This document shows positions 1 to 9,909 of a stretch of DNA of 51,787 bases, piece by piece; the stretch's first letter is position 1; each line of letters starts with the position of its first letter. The position numbers and the translations under genes are program-made. Source of the DNA: Clostridia bacterium (GTDB lineage Bacteria; Bacillota; Clostridia; UMGS1883); contig JAZLEL010000067.1 in NCBI GenBank assembly GCA_045615265.1, forward strand, positions 1 through 51,787. The letters run 5' to 3'. Below the pieces are notes generated by a model. It was not told the DNA's origin, made no database searches, and saw nothing but the letters and a program-made list of their open reading frames with translations.

Positions 1-1130
1 ATAAACATACCGATAAATGTTGTTATAACAGATATTGGCATAGAAACGCCTATTACAAGAGCATTTCTGGCATTTCCGAGAAACAGGAAAAGAATAATCA
101 TTGCCAGCAAACCGCCGAGAATTGCACTTTTTGCAACAGAAGATATTGAATCCTCAATATAACTTGCCTGCTCCATCGTTATATTGTAGTTAAACTTAGG
201 ATGTTCTTTCTTTATATCCTCCAACGCTTTTATTACGCCGTTTACAACATCAACTGTGTTTGCATCGGATTCACTGCTTACTGATATGGAAATAGAATCT
301 TCGCCATTAGTTCTTGAAATCGTAGTTTTATCAGCATATGTATCATTAATGGAACCAACATCTTTAATATAAATAACCTGTCCTTGAGGCGTTGTAAGAG
401 GAACAAGACCTATATCGGATATTTTTTTGAATTCTCCTATCATACGCACGGCAAGGTCTTTTTTATTTGACTGCGTATTTCCCGCAGGAAGGTTATTATT
501 TTGACCTGCGATTGAAGAAACAATATCCGTAAATGACATATTGTATCCATTAAGCTTTTCGGGGTCGACTTCAACTTCTATAACTCTATCCTGACCTCCG
601 CTTATGTTTACAGATGCAACTCCCCCTGCTGATTTAATCCTGTGTTCAACATTATCCTCTATAAACTGCTTCGTCTGGATAATGTCATATCCTTCGTATG
701 AAACAGACATCATAACAGATGCCATGGAGTTCATATCAAGCTTTAGTACCATGGGTTCACTTGCATCACCGGGAAGCATCATTGAAATCATATCGATATT
801 ATTTTCAATGGCATTTACTGCCTCATCGATGTCTGTGTTATTTGCAAACTGAGCCATGGTAACAGACATACCTTCCATCGACTGGCTCTGCATAGTGTCA
901 AGACCTGAAACAGATGCAATGGACTGTTCAATGGGCTTTGTTATGAGATTTTCGATTTCCTCGGAGCCTACGTTTGAATAGGTTGTCATAACAACCGCCA
1001 TCTTTAAATCCATTTCTGGCATAGCATCAATGGGAAGCATTGTAAGCGAATATGTTCCCAAAACTATCATTATAAGGATTACCATTGTAACGGCAATCGG
1101 TCTTTTTACAGACAATTCGTGTAATTTCAT
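1..1130 (-). CDS. efflux RND transporter permease subunit (AcrB/HAE family); N-terminal ~376 codons only, the rest lies beyond the window edge
   Basis: Absent from the ORF track because it runs off the window. My minus-strand translation from the ATG at 1130-1128 reads MKLHELSVKRPIAVTMVILIMIVLGTYSLTMLPIDAMPEMDLKMAVVMTTYSNVGSEEIENLITKPIE..., a typical AcrB N-terminus (TM1 then porter loop). It starts 15 nt after the adaptor gene stop. Confidence 0.8.
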   Translation of the reverse strand, partial: MKLHELSVKRPIAVTMVILIMIVLGTYSLTMLPIDAMPEMDLKMAVVMTTYSNVGSEEIENLITKPIEQSIASVSGLDTMQSQSMEGMSVTMAQFANNTDIDEAVNAIENNIDMISMMLPGDASEPMVLKLDMNSMASVMMSVSYEGYDIIQTKQFIEDNVEHRIKSAGGVASVNISGGQDRVIEVEVDPEKLNGYNMSFTDIVSSIAGQNNNLPAGNTQSNKKDLAVRMIGEFKKISDIGLVPLTTPQGQVIYIKDVGSINDTYADKTTISRTNGEDSISISVSSESDANTVDVVNGVIKALEDIKKEHPKFNYNITMEQASYIEDSISSVAKSAILGGLLAMIILFLFLGNARNALVIGVSMPISVITTFIGMF

Positions 1131-1145
1131 TAATATCCGCCCCTT

Positions 1146-2282
1146 TTACTCAACAATTTTGATTTTATTGTTCTTGTCGGACAGATATTCCTTACCCGAA
1201 ACTATAATCTTATCCCCTTCTTTTACTCCTGAAACTATCTCGGTAAATTCATCAGTAGTGATTCCGGTGGTAACTTTCACTTTCTTTGCAGTATCATTCT
1301 CTGCTATATAAACATATTTTGCACCATCTTCAAATACTGATTCCGAGGGAACAACAAGTGCGTCAGCCGAATCACTGAGCGTAAGAGTAATATCAGCAAA
1401 CATTCCGTCTTTAAGGGAAGCATCAGAGTTTTCAATAGTGATGCGGACATCGTACAGTCCTGTTTGTGTGTTTTTGGTGGGACTTGCAGTTGTAACAACA
1501 CCTTCTAGTGTTTTTTCTGCGGAGCTTACTTCTATGATTGCTTTTGTTTCAAAATTAATTTTTGAGATAATTGATTCTGTAACATAAATCTGTGCATCTA
1601 CACTATCAGTGTTTTTAATAGAGAAAACCTCTACCCCGGGGGTTACCATTTGTCCAGGATTTGCGTTTTTACTGGATATATACCCTGATATTGGAGCACG
1701 CAGTGTTGTATTATCAAGTGCATTTTGAGCAGCATCAAGAGAAGCCCTTGCTCCATTTAATCCTGCCTGCTCCGTAGCAGCATTAAGATTTATTTTAGCA
1801 TTTTCAAATCTGGTAACCGCTGTATCGTATGCCACCTTACTTATTGCACCGCTATCATATAATACCTTTTGATTGTCGTGGTTAATTTTAGCGTTATTAT
1901 ATTCAAGCTGTGCTGTTGCAACGGCTGATTTTGATTGAGACATTGCTGATGTATACGCCGCATATGCCTGATTGTATTGGGTGAGATAATCAGTATTGTC
2001 TATCTGAAGGAGAACATCACCCTCTTTTACATACTCTCCCACTTCAAAAAATATACTTTTTGCAGTTCCGCTTACCTTTGCAGAAACACTGGTATGCTCA
2101 GATGCCTTAATCTCTCCTGTGTATGTAACTGTATCTTCGATAGTTTGCCTTTTTACTTCGGCTACGGTAACATTGGTCGCAGATACTTCAGATGAAGTTT
2201 TTTCAGTTTTTCCACATGAGGAAACCACAACAACCATAACAAGTATAAGCAATATTGCTGTCAACTTTTTTATTGTATTCAT
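1146..2282 (-). CDS. efflux RND transporter periplasmic adaptor subunit (HlyD/MFP family), probable lipoprotein
   Basis: ORF 1146..2291. It has a signal peptide with lipobox VSSC, then lipoyl/coiled-coil/beta-barrel MFP architecture (GEIKASEHTSVSAKVSG..., APISGYIS). I placed the start at the second ATG (2282), 10 nt after GGAAAGGA. Confidence 0.85.
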   Translation of the reverse strand: MNTIKKLTAILLILVMVVVVSSCGKTEKTSSEVSATNVTVAEVKRQTIEDTVTYTGEIKASEHTSVSAKVSGTAKSIFFEVGEYVKEGDVLLQIDNTDYLTQYNQAYAAYTSAMSQSKSAVATAQLEYNNAKINHDNQKVLYDSGAISKVAYDTAVTRFENAKINLNAATEQAGLNGARASLDAAQNALDNTTLRAPISGYISSKNANPGQMVTPGVEVFSIKNTDSVDAQIYVTESIISKINFETKAIIEVSSAEKTLEGVVTTASPTKNTQTGLYDVRITIENSDASLKDGMFADITLTLSDSADALVVPSESVFEDGAKYVYIAENDTAKKVKVTTGITTDEFTEIVSGVKEGDKIIVSGKEYLSDKNNKIKIVE

Positions 2283-2312
2283 ACTTCTCATTTCCTTTCC
2301 GCCATATAAAAG

Positions 2313-3422
2313 TTAGATACCAAGACCTATGCTGATTTCATACCTGTATTTTTCTACTGCAAGTTTGTAAGAAAGCTTGGCATTGTCTAGCTGTATTTTT
2401 GCGTTTGTAACGGTATTCATAACACCCACAAGTTGTGAATTTGTTATCATACCGATGTCGTACTGTATGACTGCAACATCATACTCCTGCTGGCGAATAG
2501 CAAGATTTTCCTGAGCAAGCATTAAAGAATCCTTTGAATCGAGAATGTTATTATATGTACTGTTTATAGAGATTGCTATCTGCTTTTTTGAATTATTGTA
2601 GGTAGCCTCAGCCTGCACCATAGCCTGATTTGCTGCAGAATGCTGAGAGGATGATGAACCTAGAAGAATGGTTGTATGAGTGTATCTTTCCGCTTGTAAA
2701 TAGTTGGACTTTATCTGATATATATCATATCTGCTTTCCAGTGCCTTTTCTGTGTCATCCGCAAGGTCAGATGAAAATTCCTCATATTCTATATCATCTG
2801 TAAGTACAAAGCTTACATTATCTTCCTCAATTGACAAGCTGGCTGCCAGTGATTTTTTAGATAGTTCAAAGTTTCTTATATTTTTATTAAGCATTGCCTG
2901 TGTTTCATTTACTGAATATTGTGCATTTTTTACATCAAGCTGAGATACCATACCCAGCGAGAACTGAATATCGACATTTTTTTTATTGTTAAGTGCCAGC
3001 TCATATGCACTCTGGGCAGTCTTAAGCATCTCTTCACTGAACTTTACCGAATAATATGACTGTGTAACGGTATAGGAAGTACGGCTTTCAAGCTGCTTCT
3101 TTGAGAGGTTTGCACTCTCAACACCTATTTTTGCCTGTTCTACGTAATATCCCTGCTTGACGGCGGCATTTGCAAGTCCTGCCGGAAGGGGGATGGCACC
3201 TTTCATATTTCTCTGGTCTTTGTAAGCCTGTTCAAGTTGTCGCTGTGTGTTTTTAATTGCAGTGTCTGCACTTAAAAGAGCAGGGTCGTTTTGGGTTGCC
3301 ATTTTTATAGCATCTTCAAGACTCAATGTATATATCTTGACATCTTCCTGTGCAGATGCTGTCACAAAAAGAGAAAACAGCATTATTACGCACAATACCA
3401 GTGGTATTATTTTTTTCCTCAT
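2313..3422 (-). CDS. TolC-family outer-membrane-factor-like protein (short form)
   Basis: ORF 2313..3431. It has a cleavable signal peptide (..VTASA/QED) and two tandem helical repeats rich in Q/N/A/L/Y, as in OEP/TolC. It is the first gene of the MFP-RND operon. I placed the start at ATG 3422, after GAGGAAGG. Confidence 0.65.
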   Translation of the reverse strand: MRKKIIPLVLCVIMLFSLFVTASAQEDVKIYTLSLEDAIKMATQNDPALLSADTAIKNTQRQLEQAYKDQRNMKGAIPLPAGLANAAVKQGYYVEQAKIGVESANLSKKQLESRTSYTVTQSYYSVKFSEEMLKTAQSAYELALNNKKNVDIQFSLGMVSQLDVKNAQYSVNETQAMLNKNIRNFELSKKSLAASLSIEEDNVSFVLTDDIEYEEFSSDLADDTEKALESRYDIYQIKSNYLQAERYTHTTILLGSSSSQHSAANQAMVQAEATYNNSKKQIAISINSTYNNILDSKDSLMLAQENLAIRQQEYDVAVIQYDIGMITNSQLVGVMNTVTNAKIQLDNAKLSYKLAVEKYRYEISIGLGI

Positions 3423-3560
3423 ATCTGTCATCCTTCCTCACTGTGTTAAAGACTTTCGCTTTGAACGATATTACATATTATACATAATATGATTATTATT
3501 TCAATACTTGTACAATCTTTTTTACAAATTGTTCATATGAATTTTTTCTACTTTATGACA

Positions 3561-3602
3561 AAAAAATACTGCATCGACATTTTAGTCAATGCAGTATTTT
3601 TT
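3561..3602. terminator. bidirectional rho-independent terminator at the greA 3' end
   Basis: The hairpin is ATACTGCAT-c-GAC...GTC-a-ATGCAGTAT (3566-3597). An A-run lies on the left and a T-run on the right. Confidence 0.7.
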
Positions 3603-4074
3603 ATTTAGAAATATTAACAATTTCGTATTCAAGAACCCCCATGGGTGCTTCTACCGCAACTACTTCACCAATCTTGTGTCCAAGAAGGGCACTTCCTACC
3701 GGAGATTCATCTGAAATCTTACCTTTCATAGGATCAGCTTCAGTGGAGCCTACGATGAAATATTCAGTGATTTCACCATCGTCAAGATCCTTAACACTTA
3801 CTTTTGAACCGATAGATACAACATCTGTGGCAACACCGTCTTCATCAATGATTTCAGCATTCTTGAGCATATTCTCAATTTCAGAAATTCTTGCTTCTAT
3901 TTCTGCCTGTTCGTTCTTCGCTTCATCATATTCGCTGTTTTCCGACAAGTCACCGAAGGACTTCGCAATCTTAAGTGCGGCAGTGTTTTCCTTTCTTCTG
4001 ACATTTTTTAAATTGTCAAGTTCATCCTGAAGTTTAGTCAAGCCTTCGCTTGTAAGTAAAACTTTCTTTGCCAT
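3601..4074 (-). CDS. greA: transcription elongation factor GreA
   Basis: MAKKVLLTSEGLTKLQDELDNLKNVRRKE...FGDLSENSEYDEAKNEQAEIEARISEIE is the GreA coiled-coil, followed by the C-terminal FKBP-like domain. Start is at M8 of the ORF, with AAGAGGT 9 nt upstream. Confidence 0.93.
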   Translation of the reverse strand: MAKKVLLTSEGLTKLQDELDNLKNVRRKENTAALKIAKSFGDLSENSEYDEAKNEQAEIEARISEIENMLKNAEIIDEDGVATDVVSIGSKVSVKDLDDGEITEYFIVGSTEADPMKGKISDESPVGSALLGHKIGEVVAVEAPMGVLEYEIVNISK

Positions 4075-4144
4075 TACAGCACTACCTCTTTTCATTTTAT
4101 CCTTTTAATATCTTTATATATTGCACACTTTTTTAATTATATTA

Positions 4145-4915
4145 CTAAAATTTATCCCTGTCAAGCAAAAAAATTTTGTCTGCTTTTTTACTGATGTCAG
4201 TTTCCGCATTCCTTTCAGGCAAATATCCAAGCAAATTATAAAGCATCAACCCACTCTTTCCTCCCCATGCTTCACAAAAAGGAGCTATATTGCTGTCATA
4301 AACAGAAATTTCGTTTATCTTTATAACTTCTCCTGTGGATGAGGGAGAATTTGTCAGGTCAATTATCGGTATGCTTGGAAAATTTAAAACCGACTTTTCA
4401 TCAGCACGGATAAATATTCTATCACCGCCAGAAACTTCTTTCAAATTTGGTATTCGCCTTATAATACATCCGTGCTTAAAATAAAGTTTATCCGCCATTT
4501 TACCTAAGGTTTCATTTGATATAACGGTAAAAAGTCTGGTTATTCCTAAAAGCGGAATTATAAGAGGAAACGCATCAGCAGGACTTGCACTTATATATAC
4601 TTCTTCAAATGGAATCCTCATTGAATATTTTAAAGCAACCTGCCGACAGACATTTTCAATAATTGCGTGGACAGTTTTTTGCGATATATAATTAAAAGTT
4701 TTTGTTCGTTCATTAAACAGTTTATGTTCCACCTGCAAATGGTTTATAACAATATTTTCCTGTCCTGTTTGCTTTAAAAGCTTCTTAACTGCACTTCTGC
4801 GTGCTTTAATCTCGATTACGGGCATATTTTCATTAATTTCACTCAAAATGCTATGGTTAAAAGCCCGCTTTTTATCGGACACCTTTAAAATAATTGTTTT
4901 TTTCAAATAATTCAC
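4145..4915 (-). CDS. hypothetical protein, 256 aa, no family recognised
   Basis: A long uninterrupted ORF filling the greA-comEA gap on the same strand. It has no TM segments or motifs I recognise. Confidence 0.55.
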   Translation of the reverse strand: MNYLKKTIILKVSDKKRAFNHSILSEINENMPVIEIKARRSAVKKLLKQTGQENIVINHLQVEHKLFNERTKTFNYISQKTVHAIIENVCRQVALKYSMRIPFEEVYISASPADAFPLIIPLLGITRLFTVISNETLGKMADKLYFKHGCIIRRIPNLKEVSGGDRIFIRADEKSVLNFPSIPIIDLTNSPSSTGEVIKINEISVYDSNIAPFCEAWGGKSGLMLYNLLGYLPERNAETDISKKADKIFLLDRDKF

Positions 4916-4972
4916 CCCTCCAGCGGAACAAAAGAAACTTTTCTATTATATTCCGCTGAAGGGGGCATTATC

Positions 4973-5485
4973 TCATTTCACTGTAATTTTGTCTTTAATT
5001 GCATCAAACTTTGCTTTTCCTATACCTTTAATCTTTTTAAGCTCATCGATAGTTTTAAATTTTCCGTTATTTGTTCTGTATTCAATTATATCGGCTGAAA
5101 TTGCTTCACCTATTCCATCAAGCTTACATAATTGATACATGTCGGCAGTATTTATGTCAATCAAATCGGGATTGTTTTTCTCTTCTTTGTCGGTTGCTTT
5201 TGAAATTATAATTTCTTCTCCATCTTGAAGCTGCATCGCAAGGTTAATGTTTGAAAGATCTGCATCTTCAGTTTCGCCACCGGCAACTAAAATTGCATCT
5301 TTAATTCTGCTTCCGTACTTAAGCTCATAATATCCGGGGGCATTAACCTCCCCTTTTATATGTATTCCGACTATTTTTTCGTCTGCAACATCATTTGGAC
5401 TTTTTTGTGAAAATATCATAATTCCAAGCAAAACAGCTATAATTACAAAAAACGAAATATGCTCAATTAATGACTTGTTCCTCAT
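4973..5485 (-). CDS. comEA: ComEA family DNA-binding protein (membrane anchor, SLBB domain, helix-hairpin-helix)
   Basis: It has an N-terminal TM helix. An SLBB-like segment follows (IHIKGEVNAPGYYELKYGSRIKDAILVAGG). The C-terminal HhH region is DINTADMYQLCKLDGIGEAISADIIEYR...IKGIGKAKFDAIK. Confidence 0.85.
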   Translation of the reverse strand: MRNKSLIEHISFFVIIAVLLGIMIFSQKSPNDVADEKIVGIHIKGEVNAPGYYELKYGSRIKDAILVAGGETEDADLSNINLAMQLQDGEEIIISKATDKEEKNNPDLIDINTADMYQLCKLDGIGEAISADIIEYRTNNGKFKTIDELKKIKGIGKAKFDAIKDKITVK

Positions 5486-7196
5486 TTGTAAGCTCTCCTT
5501 TTGTATATTGCAAGGCTTTATCAGCGATATCGTTGATTTCTTTTCTTAAATCAAGATCATCTGTTGAAAGTGCGATTGAAATTATTTCCTCATAGCAACG
5601 CTTTGTTTCGCTGCTCCCTTTAGGATTACCTTTTACAATCTTATAAAGTGTTTTTGCCAAAGACAGATTATATTCGTCTTTTATAAGAGCTTTATGTGAA
5701 GCCTCTCTATATTCCTGTGCACTAAGCTCATATTCCCCGCACCCTGCATAAATTAACGCCTTTTCTTTAATGTTTTGCAGGTTTTCTTTATCACGCTCTA
5801 TTGCCTTGTCAATCAGGTTTAGAGCTTCTTCGCCCTGAATATCTAATGCCCCTGCTTTTCTAATTGATGCAGCCGCCATACGGCAGCTTTCACTATCTGT
5901 CAGATTTATTGTAGCAGATACCTTGTATAGTTCGTATGATGATAAATAGTCCTTTCTCTCATATGCAAAATCTGCATTTATTTTTATAATAGCAAGCACC
6001 AGTAACACGCAGGAAATTACAGTTAACAGTGTGCTGACACAAACTGCTTTCTCGATATTATTCTTTTTTATCTCTAACTTTAAATTAGTTCCTGCTGCGT
6101 GCTCATTATAGGCACATATTCCAATCCAAAGTAATATGACAGTAAAATTTTCCCCAAACGGGAAAATCATTAATGCCAGAGTAATAAATAGCCCAACTAA
6201 GCTCTCGTAGGATTTAAGCTTTATAAAAAGGATTATATTCCTTATGATTATAAATAGAGAGCTTAAAAGCCCCAAAATGCCTGATGTTGCAAAAAGATAA
6301 GGTAAAAGCCCTACCCCAAGGGTTTCAGAATATTTTACCTCTAAAAAAACTTCTCTCTCATTCCAAAATCCTCCGCCTATACCAAAGATGTTACCAAAGG
6401 CATAGGAGAAAACATCCGAAAATGCTTTTCCTGCGGAATTTACTTTCATCCAGCAGATTATTACTGCGGTAAAAATAAGTATGCATAAGAAAGAGATTGA
6501 AAGAAAACCTCTTTCGGACTTGATTTTCCTTTTTGAAAGCAATAATGCAAAGAGCAATAACAGAAAAGTCCATGCTATAATACTTTCAGACATTACAAAA
6601 ACAAACAACATCAAAAATGCTGACGTAAGCATAGCTATCTTGTAAAATTTGGGAGCTCCTTTTAAAAGATGCAGTGATAGCACAATACAAATCGCCATAA
6701 AAATCCCGAGTATGTTATTAGTACCCAGACCTCTGTCAAAAGGTTGTCCCCCTGCAACAGGCACAATGAAAAAGACCCAGTAAAAAATATTTATAACTGA
6801 GCACAAGGCACCCGAAAAGCATAACATATACATCAGTCTGCGGCGAATGCCTTCAGAAGAATTTTCCGCAAAATATTCAGCAGAAAAATTATAGAAGAGC
6901 GTAACTGCACCTAGCGCAAATATGTATATTAATTGACCTTCCTTACTGTCTGCCCATATTGAAGATATTACTGCGTAGGCTATTAACAAAACAAATGTCA
7001 AATTCTGTACAGATATATAAATCTTATTGTTTGTTTTTATTCTTAACACAAAAACTGTTCCAAGTATTGCAAACATAAGATACACTTCTGCACCTATTGG
7101 TAATAGTCCCAGAAACGATGGGGCTATTATAAGGAAAGCCGCCATCAGTATCTTAAAAAGAGCCAGACTCTTTTCTTTATTTATATTAAAAAGCAT
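5463..7196 (-). CDS. polytopic membrane protein, O-antigen ligase/Wzy-like core fused to a C-terminal TPR-like helical domain
   Basis: About 10-12 hydrophobic helices occupy the first ~400 aa. A soluble helical-repeat tail follows (YELYKVSATINL..., ALIYAGCGEYELSAQEYREA...). It overlaps the comEA start by 23 nt. Confidence 0.6.
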   Translation of the reverse strand: MLFNINKEKSLALFKILMAAFLIIAPSFLGLLPIGAEVYLMFAILGTVFVLRIKTNNKIYISVQNLTFVLLIAYAVISSIWADSKEGQLIYIFALGAVTLFYNFSAEYFAENSSEGIRRRLMYMLCFSGALCSVINIFYWVFFIVPVAGGQPFDRGLGTNNILGIFMAICIVLSLHLLKGAPKFYKIAMLTSAFLMLFVFVMSESIIAWTFLLLLFALLLSKRKIKSERGFLSISFLCILIFTAVIICWMKVNSAGKAFSDVFSYAFGNIFGIGGGFWNEREVFLEVKYSETLGVGLLPYLFATSGILGLLSSLFIIIRNIILFIKLKSYESLVGLFITLALMIFPFGENFTVILLWIGICAYNEHAAGTNLKLEIKKNNIEKAVCVSTLLTVISCVLLVLAIIKINADFAYERKDYLSSYELYKVSATINLTDSESCRMAAASIRKAGALDIQGEEALNLIDKAIERDKENLQNIKEKALIYAGCGEYELSAQEYREASHKALIKDEYNLSLAKTLYKIVKGNPKGSSETKRCYEEIISIALSTDDLDLRKEINDIADKALQYTKGELTNEEQVIN

Positions 7197-7217
7197 AACT
7201 GCACCACTTCTTAGTTA

Positions 7218-8021
7218 TTATTTTGCTTCCTCATGGCTTTTTTCTACAAGGGAGGCAATTTCTTCTGTGAAATCCTTTACTTCTTTATCAGCACTTTTAG
7301 AGACATACATCAAATACTCAATATTACCCTCAGGTCCTCGTATGGGAGAAAAATCAAGCCCCAGTACCTTAAATCCGTTACTCTGTGCAAACATCACGAC
7401 ATCCTCAATAACCTCGCGATGAACACCAGCGTCCCTGACAACGCCCTTCTTACCAACCTTTTCACGACCTGCCTCAAACTGCGGTTTAATCAGTGCGACC
7501 AATTCTCCGCCTTCTTTCAGAAGCTTTTCTGCAACAGGAAGTACCAGTTTCAGAGAAATAAAAGAAACGTCTATTGACGCAAAATCAAGCTCTTCTCCAA
7601 TATCCTCAGGCGTTACATATCTGATATTCGTACGCTCCATATTAACAACGCGCTCATCAGTACGCAGTTTCCATGCGAGCTGACCGTAACCCACATCGAC
7701 AGAATATACCTTTTTCGCCCCATTTTGAAGCATACAGTCGGTAAATCCCCCCGTTGATGCACCGATATCCATAACTGTTAAGCCTTCAAGCTTTACAGGA
7801 AAGACTTCCATTGCTTTTTCAAGCTTTAACCCTCCGCGGCTGACGTATTTCAGTGTTTCTCCGCGGAGCTCAACCTTGTCTTTTTCCCCTACCTGCTCGC
7901 CTGCTTTATCCGCTTTTTGATTATTTATGTAAACCTTGCCCTCCATAATAAGGCTTTTGGCAAGATCACGTCCTGAAACCAGTCCGTTTTCAACTAAATA
8001 TATATCAAGTCTTTGTTTCAT
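7218..8021 (-). CDS. tlyA: TlyA family rRNA (cytidine-2'-O)-methyltransferase
   Basis: It has an S4 domain (MKQRLDIYLVENGLVSGRDLAKSLIMEGKVYIN) and an FtsJ-type SAM motif (VMDIGASTGGFTD). It overlaps dxs by 4 nt. Confidence 0.9.
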   Translation of the reverse strand: MKQRLDIYLVENGLVSGRDLAKSLIMEGKVYINNQKADKAGEQVGEKDKVELRGETLKYVSRGGLKLEKAMEVFPVKLEGLTVMDIGASTGGFTDCMLQNGAKKVYSVDVGYGQLAWKLRTDERVVNMERTNIRYVTPEDIGEELDFASIDVSFISLKLVLPVAEKLLKEGGELVALIKPQFEAGREKVGKKGVVRDAGVHREVIEDVVMFAQSNGFKVLGLDFSPIRGPEGNIEYLMYVSKSADKEVKDFTEEIASLVEKSHEEAK

Positions 8022-9874
8022 TTCAGCATCCTTTCTACCTGAAGAGCAACCTGCTCTGGTGTAAAGCCGTACTTATCCTTAATATCTTCTATTGAACCAT
8101 GTACAACAAACTCGTCCTCAAGTGCTTTTATACACATTTTGAAATCAAGGTTACGCAGTTTTGCCTCTCCTGCAAGCATTTCGCCCATACCGCCACGCCT
8201 GAGATTTTCTTCTATGCTAAAGAGGTTTCCGGTTTTTAAAGCACTTTTAAACACAGAATCAAAATCGATTGGCTTAAGAGTTCTTACATCGATAACTTCT
8301 GCCTCTATTCCTTTTGTTGAAAGAATTTCGGCTGCTGAAACTGCAAGGCTTACACTTTGTCCTTCCGACACAATTGTAACATTCTCACCTTCACGGATTA
8401 CAGATGCCTTGGAGAGAACAAATTCTCCATTATTCTCCTTAAAATCACATTTTCCTTTAGGGTATCTTATTGCAATTGGGCCTTTATGTTCTTCTATTGC
8501 GTAATAAAGCATTTTTTCAAGTTCGCTGTAAGACGAGGGAGAAAGAAGAGTCATATTCGGAATTCCTGTAAGATAAGATATGTCAAACAACCCCTGATGC
8601 GTTGCCCCATCACCTGGCACAAGTCCTGCTCTGTCAACGGCAAATACCACATGATAATTTCCCAGAGCCACATCGTGGATAATATTATCATAGGCACGCT
8701 GAAGAAATGTAGAGTATACGGCTACTACCGCAACTCCACCGCCTGCTGCAATCCCCCCTGCAAATGTTACAGCGTGTCCTTCCGCAATTCCCACATCATA
8801 AAGTCTTTCAGGATACTTTTCTAAAAAGATATCAAGGCCGCTGCCTAAAGTCATTGCAGGAGTAATTGCTACAAGCTTTTTATTATGCTTTGCAATTTCA
8901 CAAAGCTTATCGCCGAATACATTTGAAAAAGAGTCTGACTTACTTTGAATTTTACCTGTATTTTTCTCAAAGGGCCCTACTCCATGGTATTTCTGCGGCA
9001 TAACTTCTGCCGGTTCATATCCTTTGCCTTTTTTGGTTATTACGTGTACCAAAACAGGCTCGTCAAGCCTGAGTGCACGCTTAAAAAGCTCCTCCATCGC
9101 AGAAATATCATGACCATTTACAGGTCCCAAATATGTGATGCCAAACTGTTCAAACAATAAATTAGGCTCAACGGCAGACTTAACAAGCTTTTTAATTTTT
9201 TGAAGTGCGTTCATAATTTTTTTGCCGCCGCCGGGGAGTTTTTGAATTTTATTTACAATATTACGTTTAGATTCAGTGTAAGTTGTATTTGTCCTGGCAC
9301 GTGAAAGCAACGTAGAAAATGCACCCACATTTTCCGCAATCGACATCTCATTATCATTAAGAATGATAAGCAGTTTTGTTTTTAGATTCCCAATGTTATT
9401 GAGTGCCTCAAAAGCAAGACCGCCTGTAAAAGCACCATCGCCTATAACCGAAACAATATTATGAGATTCCGCTTTTATTTTTCTTATTTGAGCAAGACCC
9501 AGAGCTGTTGAAAGCGATGTTGATGCATGTCCTGTATAGCAGGAATCAAACTCGCTTTCATTCGGATTGCAAAATCCGCAAAGACCTCCAAGCTGCCTTA
9601 TCGTGCTAAGGTCATTCCCTCTCCCTGTAAGTATTTTATGAACATATGACTGATGCCCAACATCCCATACAATTTTATCTTCGGGAGTATTCAGCACACG
9701 GTGAAGTGCAACCGTTAATTCGACAACACCAAGGTTGCTTGCAAGGTGTCCTCCGCTTTGAGACACGCTGTTAATCAGCAAACCACGAATTTCTTCGCAC
9801 AACACCGTAAGCTGATTTGAATTGAGCTTTTTTATGTCGGACGGATATTGAATTTTATCAACATACTTATACAT
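8018..9874 (-). CDS. dxs: 1-deoxy-D-xylulose-5-phosphate synthase
   Basis: GGHLASNLGVVELTVALH, DVGHQSYVHKILTGR and the ThDP motif GDGAFTGGLAFEALNN are present. Length is 618 aa. Confidence 0.95.
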   Translation of the reverse strand: MYKYVDKIQYPSDIKKLNSNQLTVLCEEIRGLLINSVSQSGGHLASNLGVVELTVALHRVLNTPEDKIVWDVGHQSYVHKILTGRGNDLSTIRQLGGLCGFCNPNESEFDSCYTGHASTSLSTALGLAQIRKIKAESHNIVSVIGDGAFTGGLAFEALNNIGNLKTKLLIILNDNEMSIAENVGAFSTLLSRARTNTTYTESKRNIVNKIQKLPGGGKKIMNALQKIKKLVKSAVEPNLLFEQFGITYLGPVNGHDISAMEELFKRALRLDEPVLVHVITKKGKGYEPAEVMPQKYHGVGPFEKNTGKIQSKSDSFSNVFGDKLCEIAKHNKKLVAITPAMTLGSGLDIFLEKYPERLYDVGIAEGHAVTFAGGIAAGGGVAVVAVYSTFLQRAYDNIIHDVALGNYHVVFAVDRAGLVPGDGATHQGLFDISYLTGIPNMTLLSPSSYSELEKMLYYAIEEHKGPIAIRYPKGKCDFKENNGEFVLSKASVIREGENVTIVSEGQSVSLAVSAAEILSTKGIEAEVIDVRTLKPIDFDSVFKSALKTGNLFSIEENLRRGGMGEMLAGEAKLRNLDFKMCIKALEDEFVVHGSIEDIKDKYGFTPEQVALQVERMLK

Positions 9875-9909
9875 AAAAATCCCCGTTCCACCGGTTTTAC
9901 CCGGTCCTT

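Noticed and set aside
8139-9160. Several 70-155-aa plus-strand ORFs across dxs
   Set aside because: They are antisense to the highly conserved dxs reading frame and have no family resemblance.
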